A stretch of 64,000 nt of DNA, taken from Callorhinchus milii. Lineage: Eukaryota. This document shows positions 48,651 through 62,478 of this stretch, piece by piece. The notes under the pieces were generated by a model. It had not been told where the DNA came from. It made no database searches and worked only from the letters and a program-made list of their open reading frames with translations. The stretch covers positions 14,508,001-14,572,000 of the forward strand of contig NW_024704748.1 of the NCBI RefSeq assembly GCF_018977255.1, written 5' to 3'. Made by a program: the position numbers and the translations under genes. How positions within the stretch are numbered: the first letter of the stretch is position 1; each line of letters begins with the position of its first letter.

Positions 48651-50618
48651 AATAATCCTTAGGAACATCTGTTCTTGATTTCAACTCACGGGCCTCTGTC
48701 AAGCAAACAGAAATAATTCTGTACAGTAAAGCATTACTCATTTGACTGTTGCTCGTTATCTTGAGGCTTGGCTGCAGAAGAAAACAAGGAGCTCTTGCAC
48801 ACAGCTTCTGTCAGAGGAAGCTTGCATGCTGGGCAATAACTAACAACAGGAAAGTATCAGATTACTGCTGCAATCGACAAGCAAATAAATAATCCAGCCG
48901 GCATTGTCCAGACCCTTAAAGTGCACCCAAGCAGATGTTGCCTTGGGAGACTTGAATAGTCTGTATTGCTTTTATACTGTCTTTAACTTACCTCTACTTT
49001 TTGCTCTTTGTTAACATGTTAGCACTGTTGCACCTCTGTACAAGCCAGTTGTTAGTTAGTATGGAGCATTACAGAGCTCTATACCAGGTTTCCACTAATG
49101 AGTTCCTCCTCTTTTGTAGCTCTGGTCTCTATCCACGCATCAAATGACCTGCTTCTTAAACCTCATAATAGTGCAGCTCTGAACTGATCGCCTGCAGGCA
49201 CATAAGAGCAGTTTGGGAATAATTATTGTTTTCTTTCTCTCTTTCCCTCCCCACTTCTTTTTCTCTCTCTCTCTCAGAAAACAAGCCTGAATTCAGTTTG
49301 ACACTCCCACTGCAAAGCTGCTGCGTTTCTCCTTCCACATGCAAACTCTTTCAAGCCTTTTCGTGCCACTCTTACATTTGCAGTCTCAGAGACCCAGCAG
49401 GCGGTATTTTCACAGGCCTCAGAGTCGAGAGTCCTCAAGATAAGTCAATTGCAAGGACTCTCTGGGTGAGAGAGGGGTCCCTATTTAATCTCCTCCTCCC
49501 TACAGGGAAACAAACAAGCTCTGCTTGGCATTGCCCGGGACACAAGACCAGATGCTCACTGTGAGGGGTGGGAGGTCTGCCACTGAGGTCACTGTGTGCC
49601 AACGCCACTCCAACAATGCACTACATAACCCCGGAGAACCATTTTAAACATCAGGGTTCAAACTAATGTCAATCTTTTGGGGAAAAAATGAAAATTGCAA
49701 GGTGCTGTCTGTTTTTGAAGTTTGCTTAGCCCATAAAAAGTTGAAAGGGTTTAAGGAGTGGTGAGGCAGGGATGTAATAGTCTGTATTTCTGCGGTGAAA
49801 GACTGAATTATTTGGCACCACCAGCTCTTCAGGCCTTCATTCTGCAGTAAAAGAGAGCTGGTGTAATTGCCTGTGCCGCAGGTCAAACCTCTGACTAGGA
49901 ACATGAGTAACAAGACACTGCGATGGTTATCATCTCAGGATTGGGCTGGAATGAGGCCTTTGTTAGTTTGCTTTTTTTTAACTGCTGCACAAAAGCCCCT
50001 GAATCCTTTGCTGGTCTTAATTTATATCCTGTGGGTTTCTTTTTTTCCATCAGACATCTGAAAATAATAAACATTTGTAGAAAATACTTCAATCTTTTTA
50101 CTACTTATGCGGAAACAGTGGGGAGGAGGTGGATTTTTTTTTGTTTAAAACGTTTCGAGCATGGTATAAGTCATAGTTTGCTTATCAGTGTTGAGATTAC
50201 TGTACACTGATTTGTGATCTGTGTGCTCCTGATCTGGCACATGAAAGTGAAAGATTTAGAAGTTTGGTGCTGGCTGGTTTATTATCGTGCCATTGCGCAT
50301 GAGGAAGGAAAAAGAACAGTTTTTATTTCTGAATGGAGTAAGGTATAAGAGCAGGGCATTGCAAGTTAGTGCTGTGTTAGTGCATTGGCACGAGGAAGAT
50401 GTAAGGCATGATTTCACTCTTGATCTGTTGTGCAGGTTGAAGCGCCATTGTCAGCTATCTATTCAAGAGGCTGGGAACAAGAGAAGGTGGTGGTGAGCAG
50501 GAATTCAGTCATTTCTGTAGGAGAGGGATAGGGAACGGGAAATTAGGGGAAGCTGAACACCTCAGGGCCAATCTCTCACATATCCGATTGTTAGGAGGGA
50601 CTTTGAGTCAGGTGCAGG

Positions 50619-50930
50619 ATAATAATAATAATCCTTGCATTTGATATAGTGCTTTTCACATCTTCTAGAAGTCCCAAAGCGCTTCACAGAATATACTGTA
50701 AAGTGAATTGACTGTATACTTGTGGGCGAACACGGCAGCCAATTGCGCACAGCAATGTCCCACAAACAGTCATGGATTGAAAATGACCAATTTATTATTG
50801 TTTTTTTTGGAGGGATTATTATTAGGCGTGTGGAGTAAGGAAACTTGCCCAAAGTTTCGCCCTACCTGGAATTGAACTCAGGTCTCTCACTTGCAAAGCG
50901 AGTGCTCTAACCATTGAGCTACAGGACTCC
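50619..50930 (-). mobile_element. Young SINE family A, full length
   Basis: Reverse complement of the family sequence through ...GAGCTACAGGACTCC. Confidence 0.95.
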
Positions 50931-52223
50931 AGGTGGACAGACAGTCTTACCTGTCATCTTTCCCAGAGTATTTTACAGAGAGACCTGACGCAGAGAAACT
51001 GGGAGGGAAAAAAGCTTGGAGAACCAAGAGTAAAACTGCCATAAATTTGTTCAGCGCTACTCAGCTTTGTGGTGAAATCAGATTTCGGCTTATTCATTAA
51101 GAATATTCTTTTGGAGGAGAAGCATTCTTATTGGTCTGAAGTGTCCTTTCAAACTGGCGTTAGAGGTGAAGAATATTTTTTTAGCTTGGGAATAATGTTA
51201 AGGAGGGTCAGTGCAATTTTGCTAATCATGATTTTGGGGATTTGCGGACGAGAGGAGACAAAAGTTTAGGGTAGATAAAGAAAAAAGCCAATGAATATGG
51301 CTGGTGCCTGTGGCTGACCTGACAGTGTGTGGGAATGCAGGGGTCACTGGGCGGTCAGTGTTTCTGAGGTGTCCCATTAGGTTGCTCCTGTGCACTGCCA
51401 GATAAAAGAGGGGCTATTTTTATCACACCAGCTTTTATTTTCTTTGTTTTTCTTCCCCTTTTTTAAAAAAACAATGGGAGATGCATTATCTTCTGGGCTG
51501 ATATTGTGGAAAGCTACCGTCAAGGACTCCCCAACAACCTTCTCACACTGTCACTGTTCATCACCAACAAATGTCCCTCGCCTTTCATCTGTATGATTAC
51601 AGGTTAGATGTACCCTAGGGGACTATTAATATTACTTAAAAATCCACTTCAAGTCAATGCTTGCCGGAGGCAGGGGGCTGAGGGCAAGGAGAAACCTTGT
51701 GTTCTAAATGATCTGAGCGAGAAGTAGACTGAAGGACAGCAAGTCTTTTGCAATACATTAGAGTCTGAGCTGGATGAAAGTGCAGTGCAGTACAGGAAAA
51801 GGGTGGATCCCAATAAATCTGAAACCTTTCTCCTAAAGCTGTTAATACGTTCTTTCATCGCAGTCCTACTGTGCTTAAAAGGGGCTTTTTAATTAAGATC
51901 TGTCTTCCAATGTTTTACTCACAGCAGATTATTAGATGTTCCAGACATTTAAAGATCTGGTGGCCTGTAATTTGTCTGCTCCTCTTCCCTCTCTCCCCTC
52001 GCTTCCCCCCTCCACCCCACCCCCAACTACTCCTGATTTGCTTGTGCATATGATTGCCTATTACAGTATTTAAGGAAATACTTTGATGCTTTTCAAACAT
52101 GTAGAAATGTTGAGGCCTGCACAAGGACAGCTGTTTCCCTGCTCTTTTGTTTGTTGCTCATGCTTGAGTCCCAATAAAATGGGATGTGCTGACAGCTTTA
52201 GCACGAAGGTTGTCGTGCAATTG

Positions 52224-52276
52224 TATAGAATTTTACAGCACAGAAAGCAGCTATTCGGCTTATCGTGCCTGTGCTG
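52224..52276 (-). mobile_element. CR1-type 3' tail fragment
   Basis: ATAGAATTTTACAGCACAGAAAGCAGCTATTCGGC. Confidence 0.6.
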
Positions 52277-52283
52277 TGCATTT

Positions 52284-52528
52284 GATCCCAGGGCACTATT
52301 CAAAAAGAGAAGGGCGTTTCTCCCAGTGTCCTGGCTAACAGTCCCACAAATAAAATTGGTCACTCATATCCGTGGCTCTTTGTGGGACACTGACTGCTGT
52401 GCGCAAACTGGCTGCCACCTTTCACCCACAAAATTCACAATCAATCCACTTTACAGTGTATCTATCAGCGCTTTGAGACATCTCGACAACTTAATGAGAC
52501 GCTATATCAAATGCAAGGATTATTATTA
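52284..52528 (+). mobile_element. Older DeuSINE (SacSINE1-like) 3' part
   Basis: GATCCCAGGGCACTATTCAAAAAGAG...GTGTCCTGGCTAAC...GCTGTGCGCAAACTGGCTGCC, then the tail. Confidence 0.85.
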
Positions 52529-53859
52529 GGGACTGGTCATTGGTGTGTACTATGACACAGTAGTCAGAGTTGACTTGTGTTTTTCCAAAATTGTAGTTTT
52601 TGAGCAATGTGATTTGCTGTTGTGTATTCACCTCATGATGTAAGCCTTGTGTCTGAGTGTCAGGCACAGGATTAGGCTTGATTGTAACCATCTTCTGGTC
52701 ATGCAGCCTGCTCTGGTTTCATGCAGTGAAAAGGATCACTGGGACTATGCATTAAAGTGGTTGCCAGTCAGTGCCTGTGGAATAACATCCCAGCAAGTAT
52801 CAATGCAATTCTCTTCAGGAGTGGAGAAAGCTGGAGGAAATAAATACTCTAATGTACTTCTATCTCACTGCAACCTTAGAAGTAATATTCACATCACAAA
52901 CCTGATTAAGAGAGCCACAGAAGTGCTGGTGAGTGTACAAAGTGAGCCTGTGGGATAATCAGAACCTGACTTCTGGAATATAAATTTAGAGTCAAGCTGC
53001 CTTCTGTCTATCAGCATTTGAGAGAAAGACCAACCTGAGTAATACATGCTGTATACTGTACATGGTGTAGCTCTATGCAAAGCAGTATTTACTGATTAAT
53101 TGCGCCATGCAAACCTTTATTAAAATGTACTGCGTGAACAAGGCTCATGCAGTAGCTAATCATGTTTACTCTGAAAGTTTTGACAAAATATGCAAAGCGA
53201 GCGACTGCACAAAGGTTGCAGGGATATTGAAATTCAAATTAAGTTGTCACGACTGCCTATTTAATTAAAGAGTCTCAGCAGCTGCTGCATGTTAACCTGT
53301 TGGACGCTGCTGCCATTATCTGTCTCAGGCAGGAGCAGAGTGAAGTCTTGCTATTTCCTAAGTGACGGGTTAATAATTCTGTTGTTCAAAGGCTATTGAT
53401 TTAGTAGTGATTTTGCAGAAGAGAGTAATAATGGACTAAAGCTCTTAATTATCAACCACAATAATCCTCCGTTGTAATCTTTGAATTAATATTTTATTAA
53501 TTGGTAAACATTATCCTCTGTTGGCGTTTGCAAATGATATTTTTTCAATATTTGTTCAACTTTTCACTTTTGTTGTTATCCCAGATATTGAAATTTGCTT
53601 ATTATTGCACAGAGATCGATTGTACACATTTCTTGATAGATTTTTTTTCAATGCGCACATCAAAATGAGGGATGTCTGTAACTGGTGAAGAGTAAATGCT
53701 TCTCAGTTTCCCCCTGGAATGTTGCTTAGTCCTATTCTTTGAAGAGCGCTCAATCATACTGTACCAGGAGCACATTGGCATTTCGATTCCCAACACCAAC
53801 CTCTCAGGTGGGATTTACTGGGATGCAGATTTACTGGGATATCTGTGCCAGGTATCAGA

Positions 53860-54545
53860 GGGCACCTGATCCAAGTGGCCAATATTCCCCTGTGAACTTT
53901 GGTAGGGAGTATCGTTAGGTGATTTTACCCACACGTGACATTATATCTGAACCCACTTCTATCTTCCAAACTTGTACACGTGCACTTTTCTGGGGGAGGG
54001 GGTATCTCTGCATAGAGAAATCTGGCTATTTCCCCCACTCCTCACCATTCCTAATCCAAAGGTTCTGAGATCAATCAACAACAACAACTTGCATTTATAT
54101 AGGGCCCTTCACGAGGGGTAACATCCCGGAGCGCTTGACAGCGGAGGAGTCTGGCACCAAGCCAGGGGGAGAGGGAAGGGGGAAGTGACTAAGCCCAATC
54201 AAAAAGGAAGGTTTTTAGATGTAGTGGCTGAAGGCACAGCCATTGATGGTAAGCAGAGGGCACCAGGTGTAAACAGGAGGCCGGAGCCAGCCTAGCCAAG
54301 GCAGCGGGTGGTGGATTGGGGGGGTAAGCAGATTGGATTGGTAAGCAGGTGCGAGGGCATGAAAAGATTTGAAAACGAGAAAAAGGATCTTGCAATCAAT
54401 CTGTTCAGTAATTGGAAGCCAGTGGAGCCTGGCAAGGACCAGTGTGACTCAGTTTACCTAACGCAGCCTACACAAGGGTTTGAACCTGCAAGCTGCTGGT
54501 CTGCATGGCCAAGTCACGCACTGGGTGACTTTATTTTTTGACCAA
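53860..54545 (-). mobile_element. Ancient SINE family B interrupted by an L2 fragment
   Basis: Family B motifs at 53860-54075 (CCAAGTGGCCA, GTGCACTTTT, CTGGCTATTTCCCC) resume at 54441-54545 (GGGTTTGAACCTG...GGTCTGCATGGC). Confidence 0.5.
54076..54438 (-). mobile_element. L2 3' fragment
   Basis: (CAA)n CTTGCATTTATATAG...CCCTTCACG...AAAAGGAAGGTTTTTAG...GGAAGCCAGTGGAG (LHWLP on the minus strand). Confidence 0.8.
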
Positions 54546-57500
54546 CTGGTTTCTGTATGTTCCCAAACTCTTCCCTTATCTGTATATATTTTCTCAATCA
54601 CTGTCCAAATAAACAAAAACTTTGTGATTACAGATATCTCACTTTAACTTTCTTTTTTCTTTTCTACTGATCACTAACATGGTATATTAACTGGGCTGTT
54701 ATGTTTAATTCTGCAAAAATAACATTGTGAAGAATCTAAAGTAAATCCAAGAGTGAATTTCTTTTAAGACTATTTAGTTCACAAACCGAAGGTGGTTAAA
54801 GTACACCAGTAAAACGCATGTAACAGTTCTTGCTCTTCTCCTATAGCCGGAGATTGGCAATACTAATGAGCTCATGGACCACTGTAACAAAGACTGTAGA
54901 AAATAATTCTTAAATATTTAAATTGAATCACGAGGTGTACCTCAAGACCATAAACTGATAGAAAGGAGAAAACAATGCCAATGTGTTCTGTAAGCTTGCT
55001 TCTTTATTCCGAATCCTCCCAGTCCTTTTCCAGCTCCCTCTTGCCATGGCTGCATGTCTGGATCACATTACTCACTGTTGAGTCAGGAATCAGCCCCATT
55101 TCTTACACTAATAATTCCAGATTCACTGAGCTCCATCTCAGGTGTGAAGAAGTTGCCTATTAAAAGTTGCTTCCAGCTTGTTGTTTCATGGCTCTGGTTC
55201 ATAAGGGTCCAATTTGTGGGTTGTGTTAAACATATTTGAACGCACTTGTACATAGGGGAATTACGGGTGCTTCTGTAATCCTTCTCATTGCTTGTTCATT
55301 TGAAAAATGGAAGAATTTCCATTTTTATCGCACCTTATCATCGTAGCATTCTGTCAGTGGAATACTGAGTGTTGCTCATGCAGGCTGTGGTCATGTTCTG
55401 GCTTCGTATTGTATCTCGTGTTTAGGCAAAATGAGCAGGTTACACTCTACTTTCCTAATGTTTAATGCAACACTACCTGAGTTCATTAAAATAGTTTAGA
55501 ACATATCAGCCTCGTGATATATTGTGCAGTTTTTATGACTCCTTTCCTAATCACCCCCACCCCCCGTGGAACACTAGGGTTCTAAGTTGGACATGGCGTC
55601 TGCAAGATTCTCCACACAAAGTATTTTCTGTTGTCGGCTGGTACTGAGCAAAACCCAGACCCCCGCCCACAGGCAAAGAGGAAACACTGAGTGCACATCA
55701 ACCAGGCCCCTGTTTTGTCCGGGGGCGACAGTTAAGGAGGACAATTTTCTCATCTGAAAAGGTGCATAGAACAAATATTGCTAAATGAAGAGAGAATAAT
55801 GTTGTAGAATTTATTTTGTAAAAATAAGCCCAGTTGTATCAGACACAGTTTGCTTTGATCTGTGTGGAGCTACAGGTTGAATGAGAGGCTGGTCTGTTGA
55901 ATATTAAGTTGCAAAGAGTTTTGAGCGATGAATTTCATTCTTACCAGCGTGTTTATATTCAGCCCTTTAGTATTATTTATAATGCTTGTAAATGTTGATT
56001 GCAGTTTTGGAGATGTGCTGAAATTGTTTATGAAATGTAAGGCGGGGGATAAATTATTAAAAGACTGAAGGCAAGTTTTGGTTCATTTAGATGTGCGGGT
56101 GCCTTACGCATTTAAATTTTACATTTAATCTGCTTTGGTCTAACAGCCTGATACAATACGTTTTAAGAAGGAACACTTTCTCATAAGCAACAGCATCAGA
56201 ACAAATCTGGTTTATTAAACCTTGTGCAAAAACTGGCGCTTCCTGTCACAGTGCAGTCGTACAGGGCACAGCGGCAAAAAGAAATCACTGTTGGAATCAA
56301 GGCAACTGTTTAAGCGGTGAGTGGAGCTGTGGATTAGAGAATCTTTATTTCCACCTTGAGACCTTTGTCTCCCCACTCTTGTCAGCTTTAGAGGTTGTAA
56401 ATTAAAGGAGGTTAGAGGCAGCCTCAGCCCAATTCCCATGGGCATCAATCCACACTACAAAACTGCTTAGTTGGACAGAAATATGGGGCTTTAAAGGTGC
56501 GAGCGAGCTCGGCAGAGGAAGCGGGTGAGCTCAGGAGATGCGGTGAGGGAGCAAAATGATGATTAAATAAAAAATGATCAGCAACTTAGCCAGGTTCAAA
56601 AAAGTAAGGTTCGGGCTTAGTTTTCAATTACACCTTCATTGTTCCTTACAGCACTGCAATTTTAAATATAAGAGTTGAATCTCGCTTAATAGATACCTCA
56701 CCAGTCAGCCTTGTTTTCTCCTTTCCTTTGAAACTGATGGTGACCAGCTCACTAATGAGGGCATCTCGCTGCTGATGGCAAAACAAGGCAATCTTTTGAC
56801 AGCCCTTTGGTTGCTGTGATTTGGGCCTGACCTGCATGCCTCCAGGTCAGGTGGTCTGACCGACTGACATCATGGAGCAAATAACCTGTTACTTCTTGTC
56901 TCAAATCATGTGAAACAAATGCAGGTCAGACAGCAAGTTGGCTGCATTTTATACAACCCCTCATGGTAAAGCAACAGAGAAGCAGAAAGATTATGATCCT
57001 TTGTTCATATTTTTATTTGGCCAATCAAAGTTTTAATGATTCCTACCGCAAACCCCCTCCCACCAACTAACTAAGTGGTGCCAACTAAGAATGACAGCTC
57101 TTTTTAGACCAGAAAACAATGTGGCCCCAAACAATACTAATAGTAGCTTAGAGAGGTATCAATGTACTCTTCAGTGATGTCTTACAGGTATAGCTGTTTG
57201 GGCACTGACGTGACAATCAGTGAGCATGTAATTGCACAATCAGAATAAAAGTTACATGCTATGTCCAGTGACGAAACTAGTTGTGTCACATTGCATCTTA
57301 ATTATTAATGATATTTCACAACCAGATCCAGTGCCTGTGGTCCTAACTCTGGGTCTGAATATAAATGGGTTATTATAATAATTTTTTTTTGCATTTGATC
57401 ATAGCACCTTTCATCAGGAGAACATTTCAAAACACAGTATTTACAGTAATGTGTAGTGACCGTACAGTAAAGTAAACCCCTGTCTTACTGAATTCTGGGT

Positions 57501-57870
57501 ATCTGCAATTTGAATGGGGCTGAAACTGAAAAAGTTTTTTAAATATCCAAGGGTACAAGTGTGTGTAGACTCCCGACTCCTAACTCTCCAGGTGCCCTCC
57601 AATGCCACGCTGACCAGCCTCATAGGCCTTGCTGGCCTCACAGTGAACAAGGATATCAACTTTGACTCAGAATGTTTGAATCCCGTGAGCAGAAAATAGC
57701 TTATTTGCTATCTTCTGCTCACAGGATTCAATCAGTTGCAATGCTTGCACCGGCATTTACTGGAGTTTTTGAAAAATGCATCACTCCAGCAATGTAATTA
57801 CACTTAGCCGGGAATTCCGGCTCGTTCGACCGGATCTCCTCTGCATCAGTCCAGCTAGCTGGGGGTTACG

Positions 57871-58122
57871 TGTATTTGTAGATGAATGTGGCAACCAAAA
57901 TTGCTCACAGCAATATCCCACAAACAGTTATGAAATGAATGACCAATTTTACTTGGGGGATTGTTGGCCAGGACCCCAGGAAAATCTCCCTTCTCTATTT
58001 TGAATAATGTCATGGGATCTTTAATACCCACCTGAACAAGCAGACAGGAGCCTGGTTTAACATTTCATCCAAAGGACGGCACCTTCTCCGTCAATGCAGG
58101 GTTCCCACAGAACTGCATTGGA
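57871..58122 (-). mobile_element. Older DeuSINE (SacSINE1-like) internal part
   Basis: CACAGCAATATCCCACAAACAG...GGCCAGGACCCCAGG...CATGGGATCTTTAA...GGTTTAACATTTCATCCAAAGGACGGCACC. Confidence 0.85.
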
Positions 58123-61100
58123 ACGAATTATAGAGCAGTCGCCCTATATTGTGAAGAATGAACAAAGAAAAAAGCTCCTTTGAGCATTTTTGATTCAGGA
58201 TACAGTGACAGTCCACCTTATGTAGCTCCACGCATTGTCATACTTTGTTTTTGTCTTACATTTGTAATGAGACAAATGGGCTTTCTGGGTGTGGTATGCA
58301 CAACATTACTTACACACTTGTGACATATGCCTCCAAGTCTGGTGATTTGGCCCTTAAATAGAACACCTAGGGCAGAGGGATATGAGAGACGTCTGTGGCC
58401 TTGCTTTTATCTGGCACATCTTATCTCAACCTTTGTCCATTCTTTGTAACCTGCTTTAGCTCCTTTCCTTGTCTCCAAGCTGGCTCGTTGTCTATAATGC
58501 GAGACGCATGACATTTCTCTTTCAGATTAAAAGTCTTTGGCAACTGAAAAGTTAATTCAAGTGAAGATTTAAAAAGTATTTCTTTTAAAAATAATGTTGC
58601 TCTTCTGTGTGTTGTAGCCATGTATGTGTGTGTTTGTATGCATCAATAAATATTGTGATGTTGTTTACAGGAATAGAGGTATCCCAATACATGCTTATGT
58701 AACCCAAACAGAAACAGAAGGCATTTTAATGTAAATATGGGGTATAAGTTGCAACATTCCTTAATAAGGAATCCTGTTAAAATTTCCTCTAGCTTACTGA
58801 AGTGCTATTCCAGAAATAGATTGGGTTGTAAAGGTGTTTTGTAGATTGGCATGATGTACTTCCGCTTACTGGAATTCCAATTTGCGTGACTTTAAGAAAT
58901 ACCACAAGTTAAATCCCTATATTTCTCCATGCAGGAATGCAATTTATTGTTGAAGAACGTCCAAAGTACACCATAAAAATTGCACAGAGTCAGAGCATTG
59001 AATTCTAGAAATGTGGCTGACCAGATTCAGAAATTATTAAATTCCAAACCTAACATTAAGGTTCATTTAGCCTTGGCTACATTTTTCCCTCTCAAGTAGA
59101 ATTGAAAGTGAGACTGTACGTAACCTAAATGGGTTCATGCACAGTTAAAGTTCATCTCTGTCCTGTAATATCAGATTTGATTTAATGAATGTAGATTCAA
59201 TTTGGAAGGTTCTTACTGTAATTTGCAAAACCTGGGTAGCAATCGTGTGAAATTTGTACCAATTAACAAAAGGAAAAGCAGTCTGTTTCTTGGCTCGCCT
59301 CAAGAAATGCTGTGTATCCTTTGAGCTACAAACAGCCTGGAGGAATACAAAGTACAAGGTACTTCTTAATTGGAACACATGGCTGAAAATGAATGCTTTC
59401 CTACTAATGATACAAAGTTGGAATGTGACTCGAGTCTTTCAAGACGTGCTTGAGTTCACTGTGTCCCTGGAATAACTGCTTTGGTTTGGCAGCTTTGCGT
59501 GCTTTGGCAGTAAGAACATCAAATGTTTGAGAGTTCAAGCGCCCTATATAAACTGAATCTTGATGCGATTATTCCCTCAGTTCAGCTGTGTACTGAAGGA
59601 CATTCAATTTTATTATAAATATCGTCTGGACATAAACAGCGTCGAGCCAGACAGAGCGGTTCCATGGTACAATCTAATTTTATTCAGCTTGCTACGTAAA
59701 CAAAGGTCTCACTTTACAGCCACAGCGCTGGGTACACGGGAAAGCTATGGAAATTTGAGATAAATAGGAATGATTTAAAGCAACCAATAAGATGTTTTTA
59801 AATGAAAAAAAATACACTTGCTTCGCTGTGTCAGTCTCTTGGCTAATTTCCACACATGATGTATGATGTGTTGTGTTTCAACTGTTCGCCGAGATTGACG
59901 GTTGTGACATTTCTCCTATTTCATCACAGAGTGAAATCCTTCAGTGTCTCAGGATTTTGCACAGCATTTATTCATCTTACCCATTTGCCCTTGCGTTGCT
60001 GAATTGTTGTTTAACGTACTTTTAATCAAGTGGTTGTCAAAGCAGAAGTTTGGTGGCAAGTTCTGTGGTTTGCTGTCCAAGATGCAACCAACATAATATC
60101 CTTTCACCTCAGAAAACTGTTCAATCCCAACCCATTCCTCATGAGAAGAAAGTCATGGCTTTCCATCAGGTAGAAACACGGAAAGCCGCACCATCAATTC
60201 CAAGGGGGTTCAAGTCACAGCACCGATAAACAATGCAGATCTTCCCATAAATTAGCACTAAATTAAAGTCTCACTCGAGAGATCATGAGGTTATGTGATG
60301 TGGGAAATGGCAATGTCATGGTGCGGTAAGGAGTGGTATTCTGTCATTGGAATTCAAGCAGTGGAGAATGCTGACACTTGATGAAAAAGAGGGCAAGATA
60401 CTCCATTCCCAATCCCGGCATTCCTCCTTGTAACCAGCACTAAATTTCTCAGTTTTTTTTAAAAGAACGTTTTTTGATCCAATTATGATTGAATAAACTT
60501 TTAAACAGTCTACGACTCTGATGTCTTGTGGGTATATTTCTATCTCTCCCCACCTCCCCGCAGTACAGTGTAGTTAAAGCACTAGTGAGTGTTCAACTTT
60601 ATTGTGCTGCAACTAGTACCCAGAGTCTCCGCAAAACAAAAAAACTACTTGCAGGAGGTCATTGGGTGGGTAATTATTATCAGTCAGTCAGCCTCAGTTT
60701 TCCTGCAGAACAGCTCTGATAGTTTTTTTTAAAAATATATATTTAAAAAGAAATGCTTACATTGTTTGCAGAGTGTGGGTGTATGTGTGAGCTGTACATG
60801 GGGAGGGGAAACCCACATGTACATACAGACCTACCTGGGTGTTAAGACACAATGAGCTATTGCTCTGAATAAGTATCCCATTGCTCCGTGTTTGGAGCTG
60901 AACCTTGTAAAAAAAACTGATCCCACTGAGGTGTTCTTTAGACAGGTTCGTGCAGTTGATATCTCTGAACTCTGTCTCTCAAGGCAGAGAGTTTTCTTTC
61001 ATGATTCAGTCTGACCGACACTCAGCAGCTTGTTGCTAGGAGTGATGAAGGACCAGGATCAACAGTAGAGGAGCATCTCTGAAGTGTTGCTCTGTAAAAC

Positions 61101-62439
61101 AATACTTGTGATCAGCAAGTGCTTTTCAGCAGAAATCAGGTATTCTAAAGATGATCTGTACATTGCTTTTCCATCAGTTGTACATTGCTTTTCATTCCCA
61201 CCAAAGGAATACCACATACCTAAACACTCCTTGTTCATAAACCATAGAAGTGAAGCATTCTTGGCACAGTCTGCTTCTTCCTTGTGTTATTTGTATGATT
61301 AGAGCTCTCCCTTTTGGCAGAAAAGGTATGAAGCAGTCACTTTACTAAGTGCAGTCATTTAGATAATAGCAGGGCTGCGGCTGGATTTAGAATAACTCTG
61401 ATGCCCTTTTCATTACTGCTGACATTGCTTCCAGTTGCAGATTGATTCAAAGTGGGAAGCCCGATTTATACTTAAATGCTCTGATTTCCTCTCGCCAGGG
61501 GCTGAAGAGAGCTTTAAACAGGCGAAGCCACTGAAACGTGCAAAGCTCCACTAAATATTGCGAAATGCTGGTTAAGATTTTTTTTAATGTTATTGAAACA
61601 TAAAAAAACAAACAAAAGTCATAATTGAAAATTCCTCAATGTTAAATAATTTACTGGAAACCCAGGATAAACACAACAGAAGTGCCCCAACATTGCATTC
61701 TCTCTTGAAGTCTGCAGGTTTACATTTTTGTTTGAGACTTTGTTTGAACACTGCTTTTCAGAAGAGAGTGCAGTATTACAAAATGCTGTAATTATACTTT
61801 AACCAGTCTGTCTCTCTCTCCAATGGGTTTCCCTACATCCTTCGTAAGTAAGGTTTTAAGTACGGAAAGGTAAGCTGTTCATTTACTGAGCCAATTTACT
61901 ATGCCTCTACTCTGAGCTCACAGTGCACTCATGAATTATCCAAATTATCAAATGCAAAGATTATTAATTTAGTCTTATGCTTGTTGTTGTAGAATGTGTG
62001 AGTTGCAACAAGTGCAGGAAACATCAACTGCAGGTTTCACTTTTAGCTGACAATAAAGCGATGTGACGATTGGCCAGGGGTGTGCCAGCTGCAAACATGC
62101 ATCTTTAGAGCAAACTTCAAATCAGTTTTTCCCAGTGAACCTTCCTACAAACAAAAAATGTATTTCTGGGTATAAAGTGCTTTATTTAATAGTTATGATC
62201 TACAGTCTACCAGTAAAAGACATTAAAATAGTTTAGCTCCCTTTGGGTGTGTTTGAGTTGCTTTCATTCAGGATTCATGTGCAAGCCAAGCTCCTTGCCT
62301 TGTTCAGACACTGAAAGATTTCAATTGATTCTAATACTGACCTAAAACAAGCTGTGATACATTCAGGACAGATTAGAGTAAACTAGCCTGCATTGGTTCT
62401 GCTTTCTATAGGTCAATTGGAATTGGAGATGTTTCCCTA

Positions 62440-62478
62440 CATGAAGGGTGCTATATAAATTCAAGTCATTGTTGTTGA
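62440..62478 (+). mobile_element. L2 3' tail
   Basis: CATGAAGGGTGCTATATAAATTCAAGTCATTGTTGTTG. Confidence 0.55.
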
